Positions 10,324 through 18,562 of a stretch of 32,094 nt of DNA are shown here, piece by piece; positions within the stretch are counted from its first letter, which is position 1; the number at the start of each line of letters is the position of its first letter. Under the pieces are notes generated by a model, which worked only from the letters and a program-made list of their open reading frames with translations, did no database searches and was not told the DNA's origin. This DNA is from Chrysochromulina tobinii (lineage: Eukaryota). The translations under genes were made by a program, and so were the position numbers. Location: positions 1-32,094 of the forward strand of contig JWZX01001440.1 of the NCBI GenBank assembly GCA_001275005.1. The letters run 5' to 3'.

Positions 10324-13313
10324 TCACAGCTCTTCTTCCTCCGTCTCCTGATCAGTCACACGCCCGTCGTCCTCGGGCGCGTCGACTTCCGCATCGGGAA
10401 GGCTCGCCGCCGCAGCCTCTGCCCGGTCTGAGAGCTGCTTGACCAGCGCTGGCGGGAAGGCGGTGGACTCGTACAGGATAGAGTGGCGCCTCTTGAGCAC
10501 GCCGGGCTGGTGCGTCGCCTGCCATCAAGAGCCATCAAGAGCCATCAAGAGCCATCAAGAGCCATCAAGAGCCATCAAGAGGCCATCAAGAGCTATCAAG
10601 AGCCATCAAGAGGCCATCAAGGTGGCGCACCTGGTCCGCCTTCTGGTAGCTCGCGCAGATGGTCGCCCAATCCAGATCCAAGCGCGGCCCGACGTAGACA
10701 GGGAACCGAGGATAACCGTTCTCCATCAGCTCGGTGAATCGGTAGGTCACGACCGAGCCGACGGGCGGTGGGCTCTTTCGGTCGTGATCGGTCAGACCCG
10801 AGCCGCATGAGAACTGGCGTCCGTCGGGCGTCTCGAGCGTGAGTGCACCTGTGCGGAAGGCAATCCGTTGCAATCAGTAGGAATCAGTTGCGATCAGCGG
10901 GCGTCTCGAGCGTGAGTGCACCTGTGCGGAATGAATTCTTGCCCGCGCCGCCCTCGTGACCCACCACCTTGGCCTCCTCATCCTTCTGACTTTTCACCTG
11001 GGGTCATCAAGCAAAATCAAGCGCAATCAACATCGATCGAATGCGATCAATGGCACTCAAGCGCACTCGAGCGCAATCAAGCGCAATGAAGAGCTCTAAT
11101 CACCTTGAGCAGTGCTTGCTCAATGCTCATACTGCAATCCAGTGCAATCAAGTGCACTCAAGCGCACTCAAGCGCACTCACCTTGAGCAGGTGCTTGCTC
11201 CGGCAGTGCTCATACTGCAATCCAGTGCACTCAAGTGCACTCAAGCGCACTCAAGCGCACTCACCTTGAGCAGGTGCTTGCTCCGGCAGTGCTCATACTT
11301 GGAGCCGGGCCGACGAAGCATCAGCCCCTCGCCCCCACAGGCCTCCACCTTCGCGAGCTCGGCGCTCACGTGCGCACGGCCGGTGCATGTGATCGCGCCG
11401 ACGGGCGCAGCGTATGGCGTGCCAACAGCGGGAATCGATGAACTGCTCGTGCCCGCGACGGCGCCGGTCGAGTGGCTTGTACCGGCCCCGCCGCCGCTGA
11501 CGGTTGATGCTGATGCTGATGCTGATGCTGATGCTGATGCTGGTGCTGCGATGGCAGGGGCAGGGGCGGGTGCTGCTGCGATGGCGGGGGAGGGGATGGG
11601 TTGGATGCAAGACTGTATGAACTTGAGCCGCTCCTCGTATGGCTTGTCGAGCGCAGGGGCATCGAAGACGAGGTACGTGACGTACTGCGCCCGAGATAAG
11701 GTCGGATGCAGTCAGAGGCAACATCTTCCAATCATCAGAGGTCCTCAGAGACAATGCAGTGGCCCTTAGTGGCACTCGGAAGCAATCATCAGCAATCAGT
11801 GGCAATCAGTGGCAATCAGTGGCCCTTAGTGGCACTCGGAAGCAATCATCGGCAATCACGGCTGCTCTCTCACCTGCCACAGGTCACCCGAGGAGGCGGA
11901 GCGAACAATGGAGAGGCAGCGACGGAACTGATGGCGTCCCGCCCACAGCTCGCCATCGAGGGGAGTCGAGGGCAGCCCTAGCTTGAACCACGCGGGCGCC
12001 GGAAACGCATTCCCATTACGCGAGTAGAAGTTGGTGCCGTCCCAATACCTGAAGAGTGAGGCAATCAGAGGTCATCGGAGGTCTCGTCAGAGGTCTCGTC
12101 AGAGTTCGATCTCGCCCCAGTACGCGCGCACGCCGTCGAGCTTCTCGGAGATCAGCCACCCAGTCGGATCCACCTTTTTCGCATCGTACTTGTCGGCGAG
12201 CATGACCTGAGTGGCCTCCGCGGCCGAGGCAGCGTTTGCGAGGACTTGCACCACCGGACCAGACCCTTTGGCTGCTAGGAGCGTAGCATGCATCGCGGCT
12301 CCTGGAGTCACCGGCCCGCCCGCCGCGGCGGCGCTTGCCGCCCAGATCGCCGCTGCCTTCGAGGGCGAGCCCTTGTGTGCCTTGGACGCGCCCGCAGGCT
12401 GTACAGGCAGATTGGCAGGGTCGATGAGGAGATAGGGCGTCACGTCAGGTGGAGCACCGAGGCGTACGGCCTCCTGCACGAAGCCCTCACTCACGACGAG
12501 CGTACCTGTGGGGAAGAGGGGCGCCGTGATGAGCACTTGCATGCAAGGCCTCCTCGGCAGAGCGTTGCGACCCTCAGTCACGACGAGCGTACCCTTGCGC
12601 ATGGCCTCGAGCACCTTGTTCGTCGGGTTGTCTGCCTCGGCGGCCGTCGTGATGAGGTGAGTCGTGTCGCGTGTCACGCCCTGCATGTTGACGGTGGCAC
12701 CTTGCGAGCGCAGCCATGCCCAGAACTGCTTGCGCACCATGGACATTTGGCCCGAGACGCACACCACCATCGAGCCCAAAGGCTTTCCGTGCGGCGGAGG
12801 AGGCAACGGTGCGGGCGGCAACGGTGCGGGCGGCAACGGTGCGGGCGGCAACGGTGCGAGCGGCAACGGTGCGGGCGGCAACGGTGCGGGCGGCACCGGC
12901 GCGGCCGCAGGAGGAGCAAGAACAGGATGAGGCGGCGGTGCTGGATGCGACGACGGCGCAGCTGCTGCGCACGATGCGTGGCTGTACGGGCACTTATCGC
13001 CATCCTTGCAGTATCCCTTGGCAAAGTGCTTGCAATGAACGGTCGCTGCACGCGGCTTCTTCGCGGGAGGCATTGCCGCTGCTGCGGGTGCCTGCTTCTG
13101 CCCCGTCAGCTGCTGGCGTCGCACAGAGCGGATGGTACCTGTCGATGTGTTTGTCTGCTTCATGTCCTGTAAGTCGATCATGTAGGTGCTGCCGGCCGCA
13201 TCGACTCTGACCGACTTCTCGCCGCGAAAGTGGGCTGCTTCCAGATGAGCGTTGTGCCCGCTGTCAAAGTTCTTCCACTTACCGTCGCTCAGCTCATATG
13301 CCCACTGCGCCAT
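10324..13313 (-). CDS. Minimal ATP-dependent DNA ligase fused to N-terminal WWE, CCCH zinc finger, Pro-rich linker and BRCT domains (7 exons, ~728 aa)
   Basis: Hand-spliced exons 13313-12593, 12505-12124, 12048-11874, 11684-11265, 10997-10922, 10848-10631, 10518-10324 (2187 nt, all GT-AG, phases consistent). WWE: QWAYE..GKWKNFD..LEAAH..YMIDLQDMKQTN..TIRSVRR. CCCH: CKHFAKGYCKDGDKCPYSH. BRCT: VVCVSG..GATV..VTRDTTHLI..KGTLVVSEGFV. Ligase motifs: SEKLDGVR (I), SRNG, LDGELW (III), YLVFDAP (IIIa), EGLMLR (IV), LLKVK (V), PRFPVY (VI). Confidence 0.92.
10519..10630 (-). repeat. Ligase intron 6, made almost entirely of a 10-bp tandem repeat (sense TTGATGGCTC)
   Basis: About 10 copies of gccatcaaga between CAG|GTGCGC donor and TGGCAG|GCG acceptor. 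Confidence 0.9.
10849..10921 (-). other. Ligase intron 5 (73 nt), bracketed by an exact 34-bp duplication spanning AG|GT
   Basis: cgggcgtctcgagcgtgagtgcacctgtgcggaa at 10825-10858 and 10898-10931; CTGAT-type filler between the copies. Confidence 0.9.
10998..11264 (-). other. Ligase intron 4 (267 nt): TTGA(G/T)TGCGC 10-mers plus duplicated copies of the exon 4 end and donor
   Basis: 83-bp unit in tandem (11134-11216 and 11217-11299), third degenerate copy at 11100-11133; AGGTGA at both junctions. Confidence 0.85.
11685..11873 (-). other. Ligase intron 3 (189 nt) with CTGATTGCCA 10-mers and an internal 60-bp-period duplication
   Basis: CAG|GTGAG donor, CGCAG|TAC acceptor; cagtggcccttagtggcactcggaagcaatcatc at 11757 and 11817. 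Confidence 0.85.
12049..12123 (-). other. Ligase intron 2 (75 nt)
   Basis: Starts GTACTGGG while the next exon starts GTATTGGG (7/8 match); splicing restores KLDGVRAYWDG. Confidence 0.85.
12506..12592 (-). other. Ligase intron 1 (87 nt, in-frame and stop-free, hidden inside ORF 12099-13313)
   Basis: Its first 22 nt duplicate the first 22 nt of the next exon (1 mismatch), giving GTLVVTEG...GTLVVSEG in the unspliced ORF; it ends GCATGCAAGTGCTCATCACGGCGCCCCTCTTCCCCACAG. Confidence 0.85.
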
Positions 13314-13561
13314 CCTTTTTGCTTGGTGATAGCGCGCCCGAGGGACCTTTACATGTCGTGCTTGGCAAGAGCGCTCGCAAAGAGTTGAAACCCGGAATCG
13401 CGCGAAGAACCAAGCCCCTGCATCAAGCGCTCAATCTTTGATAACCCCGGAGAATGCACACGTTTCGCAGAAATCCGAGCTTCATCTCCCCAAATCGCCG
13501 ACACCGCCGCGTTCGTCGCCTCGCCTTACGCATCCGTCCGGCTGAACCGCCCTCTGAGAGA

Positions 13562-14495
13562 ATGTCAGGCCGTGCCAAGGCACTCTCGGGGCGCAACACA
13601 ATGAGCTCGCTACCAGGCGGCATCTTCGCAAAGCCTCCCGAGTATGATGGCCAGCAGATCCTTGCACAGAAGCAGGCGATCGAAGGTCAGGTCAACGGTC
13701 GGTACAACACCTCGTCCATCGCCGGCGGCATCTTTGCTGCCGGCCAAGGCTCACCCGCCGCCGAGGGACTCTTTGCGGCTGGCGGAGCTCGACTGTCACA
13801 CACTGCTATGGGTGCCGGAGCACGGCCTCAGAGCGCGGCGGGGCGCCCCTATGTCAACGAGTCCTCGGTCTCCGGAGGCATCTTCGAGCGGGACGAAGCC
13901 CCGTCGGCGCCATACCCTGGTAAGCGTCTGTTTCCTCCCACCTCGGACCCGTCAGTGCCCACCAACTTCAGACCGCGCGATCCTGGTCCTATTCTCGGCG
14001 GCGGTGGCCATCGGCAAGCGTGGGCTACCCCTGATGCCGCGGGCGGCCGTTCCAGCAACGCTCACCAGCTCCAGAGCGTACCGATGCGTGGCAACCTGCA
14101 CGGCAGACAGACGCAGCCAAGCTCGGGCGACGGGGCGTTCGCTCGATTTCTGAGCGAACACAGCGGCAACGGTAGCAGTGCGAGCGCCCCAAGCAGCGAG
14201 CTCTTCGAGCGAGCGCCGTATCGGGCGTCGTCCTCGGACCGCTCGCTAGCTCAGAACGACGCCTTCCTTGAGGCGGTCTCGGCCGCCGAGGAGCGCGACG
14301 AGGAGGATCTGCAGACGCTGGCGCAGCTGCGTGAGCTCGCCGAGCAGGAGGAGATCATCGAAGCTGCAGCCGCTCAGTTGGCGTTCGAGCAGCAGCTCGG
14401 GCCTGCGGAACAGGAAGCCCTGCGGATGGCGATGCTCGAGCGCGTGCGACACAAAGCTCGGACACTGCAGCAGCAGATGATGCAAAATCAGATGC

Positions 14496-14528
<33 letters not shown>

Positions 14529-15118
14529 TGCAGATGACCCAAGGCGACCATCTGATGAGGGCAAAGATGCAGCGCCAGCAACAGCGGCACTCCTCAGCGT
14601 ACTCTGAGTACGAGAACGCGGGCGGCGACGGCGCCGCTCATGGCCCGCCGCCCGCCGGGAGCCGACCCGCAGGCGGGCCGTCCGGCCATCTCCTGCACGG
14701 TCTGATGCGCGGGACGCCGCCGCCAGCAAGCCGGGGCACGCCTGGAATGGGCACGCTCCCCGGGATCTTGGCGTCATGTGGCGAGATCGTGCAGGAGCTC
14801 CCAAACCCAATCAAGGGGCGCGGCGCATTCAACCCTGCGGCCGGTGCCGACGGCGCCATGCCCACCGGCTTCGACACAGCCGATGCGGCGGGCCAGGCTG
14901 GTGGCGCAGCTGGCTGGAAAGCGGGCGGCGGCGGCGTCGCTGGCGGCCAGCACTATGCTCAGCTGAGGCTCGAGCATTACCACTCGCCGGCGAAGCAGCC
15001 TCCGATTGGCAAGCTCAAGCCCTACCGACCAGAGTCGCAGGTGAGCTTTGGCGGGCCCGCACGCATCCTGTACCCGAGCTCAGACGTCATGATCCGCGGC
15101 AAGTTCCCGGGCTACTGA
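13562..15118 (+). CDS. Hypothetical disordered protein with three SSxxGGIF motifs, central coiled coil and polyQ (~518 aa)
   Basis: Long ORF divergent from the ligase; SSLPGGIF, SSIAGGIF, SSVSGGIF; (CAG)n at ~14498-14527. The frame is open from 13454; ATG 13562 is preferred by composition. Confidence 0.75.
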
Positions 15119-15186
15119 AACAGGTGGCCGTAGGAATGGCCGCGAATGGAGGGGAGCAGCGAGTCCCGAGTGGGAGCCGCACAAAC

Positions 15187-15280
15187 AGCATGCGCGAGGA
15201 CGAATCACTCAGAGGGCCAAGCGCCCAGAGACGGTGTGTCAAGCTTTTGTCGGATGTTTGATGTTGTGAACGGCAGTTGA
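15187..15280 (+). repeat. Left copy of ~95-bp direct repeat
   Basis: agcatgcgcgagga...gcgcccagagacggtgtgtcaagcttt.gtcggatgtttga.gttgtgaacg...gcagttga; matches 18149-18246 with a 27-bp identical core. Confidence 0.92.
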
Positions 15281-15436
15281 TCGGTCATCATCTTTCAAGT
15301 TTCAACTTACATACTTACTTGAGCGCGGGGGGACCGCGACGAAACTGACTGATTTGCTGCATCAACTTACGATCAGGATCCGGCGGCAAGAGCAAGACGC
15401 TCACCCACAAGGTGTGGGCGCTCGGCCTCACGGTAC

Positions 15437-17335
15437 ATGTTGGGGACCGCCGTGCTACACGATGGCCTCGCGATGCGTCCTCCCATGGGATTCAATTCTT
15501 ACATAGGGCCATCCGGTGGTTTCGTCTGCGTCCCATCCTACGCCACGCCTCTTGCAAAGCCGCCACCCATGGCGCTGAACGATCAAGGATCCTCTGAACT
15601 AAATCATCTCTGCCCTGAAGGCCAGCTGCCTCATCCCACAGCTTACAAGGCGCTCAAGAACCCACCCCCCGGCTGGTCGACCGTCGGCGCGGCTCAAAAC
15701 ACAACCGACACTGCTCCTCCGCACTACTTGTACAATTCGGCCTTCCAAAATTTTGGGAACGGCGTCTCCAGCGTGAACGGCTCCGTCGTCGTCTCTCAGC
15801 CGATCCTCGAGCCCGACGGCTCTTTGAGCGGCGCGCACTCCCTTGCCGAGATTGCCGTGCAGTCCGCCGATCTGCTTCAAATCGTCGAGGTTGGATGGAT
15901 TGTGGGCTATCAAGGTCAGTATCTCGGGCCAAGCCCGACGCTCTTCGTGTTCCACTGGGTCGACGGCGTGGAAACCTGTTACAACGGCTGCGGCTGGGTG
16001 CAAGTCTCCACGACCAGAGTGCCAGGCATGACTCTGGATCCCTCCTCCGCACCTCGCGAGCTCGGCATTCGGTACTTCGAGGGCAATTGGTGGGTCCTCT
16101 TCGACGGCGAGTACATCGGGTACTTCCCTGGCTCACTCTGGGCCGGGGTGCAGCCCAAGTTTGACAGTGCGCATGTGGCCCAGTGGTTTGGGGAGGTGGT
16201 GTCAGAGAAATTGATCAAACCGACGACGCAGATGGGTAACGGCATATTCGGCGACCAGGCAGGTGCATGCCATTGGAGCCACTTGTCTTACTCGCAAGGA
16301 GACAAAACCCATTGGGCAAACCCACAATATGATGTGACCGACCCGACGCTCTATAACATCGGTCATAAAGGCGTCGATCACGGGTATGCATTCGGTGGCC
16401 CGGGCTATGTGCCGCCAGCGCCGCCAGCGCCGCCAGCGCCGCCAGCATCGCCTCCGTCTCCGCCAGCGCCACCAGCGTCGCCTCCGCCTCCGGGCCACGG
16501 GTGCCACGCGGCGTACGCACCAATCGAGCCTGCAGGGATCGCGCTCGGCTGGTTTTTGACGATTGCCACGCTGCTTGCGCCATCGCCGCAATACGTGGCT
16601 CTGTGCCGAAGCCGCAGCTCACATGGCATCTCGCTGCTCACGCCATTGCTCAACCTGGTATACGGCGTGCTCAACTTATGCAGTGCCATCCTCACCAAGT
16701 GGCCCTCCATTCAGCGCTGTGGCGATTCGTCGTTAGCGGGTGCATTTGAAGCTGATGGCTGCGTGGATCAGCTCCTCGACGTGTGGCAAGTCGCGATCAG
16801 CGCGCTCGGCCTCTCTGTCATCTTGGCCTTGGTGGTGCTCTTCCCGCCGCACAACTTTGCCAAGGAGCGTGCGCTCGTTGTCGTCACGCTTTGTTGCCTC
16901 GCCCTGACCATATTTGCCGCGTGCTACCTCAGCGCTCTCAGCCCGTGCTCGGAGGCGAGCCACACGCTGTCGCAGACCTTTGCAGTGCTCTCCGCCCTGA
17001 TCGTCGTCGTGGCCTTCGCGCCGCAGCTGTACGAGACATGGAGGACAAGGGGAGCTGGCTCCCTCTCGAGCCTCTACTACCTTATCCAATCGATAGGCAC
17101 CGCTCTCGTGGTGGTCCTGCAGCTTGTCGCGCTGCGCGACTCGATCCTCGTGTGGGGTCCGAACTCAATCTCAATGGCCGTGCAGGGCGGCATCTTCTCG
17201 ATGCTCTGCTACTACCGCCGCTGTGCGGGCCGTCGCAGCGGAGGTACCACGGGCGCCGATCCGCTGCTCGTCGTGCAGGAGTCCGCGCAGGCCGCCGCCG
17301 CGGTAAACGTTGGGCGATGGGCGCCGCTGACGTGA
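15437..17335 (+). CDS. Fusion protein: neprosin-family glutamic peptidase + Pro-rich linker + PQ-loop 7TM transporter (632 aa), with a GH27-like N-terminal fragment
   Basis: One stop-free ORF. Neprosin: CPEGQLP (pro-peptide end), HSLAEIAV, QIVEVGW, PTLFVFHW, CYNGCGWVQVS, GNWWV..EYIGYFPGSLW, AQWFGEV, TQMGNG, FGGPG. PQ-loop: LAPSPQY..RSRSSHGISL and AFAPQLYETWRTRGAGSLS, with about 7 hydrophobic segments. Confidence 0.88.
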   Translation: MLGTAVLHDGLAMRPPMGFNSYIGPSGGFVCVPSYATPLAKPPPMALNDQGSSELNHLCPEGQLPHPTAYKALKNPPPGWSTVGAAQNTTDTAPPHYLYNSAFQNFGNGVSSVNGSVVVSQPILEPDGSLSGAHSLAEIAVQSADLLQIVEVGWIVGYQGQYLGPSPTLFVFHWVDGVETCYNGCGWVQVSTTRVPGMTLDPSSAPRELGIRYFEGNWWVLFDGEYIGYFPGSLWAGVQPKFDSAHVAQWFGEVVSEKLIKPTTQMGNGIFGDQAGACHWSHLSYSQGDKTHWANPQYDVTDPTLYNIGHKGVDHGYAFGGPGYVPPAPPAPPAPPASPPSPPAPPASPPPPGHGCHAAYAPIEPAGIALGWFLTIATLLAPSPQYVALCRSRSSHGISLLTPLLNLVYGVLNLCSAILTKWPSIQRCGDSSLAGAFEADGCVDQLLDVWQVAISALGLSVILALVVLFPPHNFAKERALVVVTLCCLALTIFAACYLSALSPCSEASHTLSQTFAVLSALIVVVAFAPQLYETWRTRGAGSLSSLYYLIQSIGTALVVVLQLVALRDSILVWGPNSISMAVQGGIFSMLCYYRRCAGRRSGGTTGADPLLVVQESAQAAAAVNVGRWAPLT

Positions 17336-18148
17336 CCCCACGCCTACAGCTGTACCCGGCTACGGTACCCGCTGGACCGAACCGCAAAGATGAGAGGTGT
17401 GTAAGAATTTGCACCGACACCGACACGTTCACACACGCGCTCATACCATGGTGGGTTCGGCACAGAAGCACAGGGGCGGGATTAGAAGGGCGAAAGGCCC
17501 ATCGCGAGCTTAAAGCTCATGGCGGGGGTGGCGAAAAGGACCGTGGTCGTGTCTGCCATGACGATGGCGGAGGAAATAGGATGTGTGGTGGTGCGCGAGG
17601 AATGTTTGGGGGGAGGATGGCGACAGGCCTTAGGCCCTTAGCGGTGTGTACTGCAGATCCGGTCGGGTGTGACATCGTAGTCTGATTGTTGTCTGATTGT
17701 TGTCTGAGCCCCGGCCTATACGTCGAAATACGTAACGAAACCTATCGACTAACCTATACTTTTCAACCATTCAACGGCTAAACGTCATGCTAAACGTGCA
17801 CGCAATGTCACCACCCTTCCCCACAGGGGGAGAGTGGGACCACCCTCGTCCCTCCTCTACGGGGGCGGCCACGACGTCCGCAACACCCGCCATACAACAG
17901 CAAAAGAAACGAAACCTCCCAACCCACCCCCCGTCGGGAAAGCGGGGTTCGAGGTGTGGGTTCTTACTAAGGGGGGTCTAGTTAGTGTGCGCCACTGCAC
18001 AGACCGTACCGTACCGTAGTACACGTCCATCCATTGCGGGGACGTATGTACGTCAGAACCTCGGGTGCGTGCGTGTTTTGGTATGGTCCGGTCACCAAAA
18101 GCAAACTTTCCTAAACGTGCACGCAACCTTATCCATACCAGCATAAAT

Positions 18149-18246
18149 AGCATGCGCGAGGATGAAACACGCTCAGAGGCCAGGCGCCCAGAGACGGTGT
18201 GTCAAGCTTTAGTCGGATGTTTGACGTTGTGAACGCGTGCAGTTGA
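18149..18246 (+). repeat. Right copy of ~95-bp direct repeat
   Basis: Aligns to 15187-15280 with a few substitutions and small indels. Confidence 0.92.
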
Positions 18247-18562
18247 CAGTTCTGAGTTCAGCTTCAGGTCCGATGTGACATTGAAAAACAGGTGCAGTAT
18301 CATTGCGATGCGTCCTCCCTATGCAAACGTTTGGAAGGGTAGCTTGTTCCGTTACAAATCTCTCTGCCTATGCACACGAAATGTCCGTCCATAGCGACAG
18401 TGGCTCTCGTGCTTGGGGGTCCGGAGAGTGTGCGCGCGTTGTGTTGAACAGCAGCAGCACGAAATGCGACCACGCGCCGTAGCGGCACACCGATCCGGTT
18501 CACGATGTCGACGAAAGTGCGCATGAACCAACCACGAGCGACGCACACGGAGAACCAGCACC

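Noticed and set aside
11041..11981. ORFs 11041-11769 and 11706-11981 (also 10439-10810 and 29952-30433) with SSALKRT / AIKSHQ / AIKGNQ repeats
   Set aside because: Translations of intronic 10-mer microsatellites and antisense exons, not proteins.
12099..13313. 404-aa ORF as a stand-alone WWE/BRCT protein with a truncated ligase
   Set aside because: It reads through intron 1 and stops inside intron 2; the downstream exons complete all ligase motifs in phase.
15187..18246. LTR retrotransposon interpretation of the direct repeats
   Set aside because: No TG...CA termini, primer-binding site, polypurine tract or gag/pol sequence seen.
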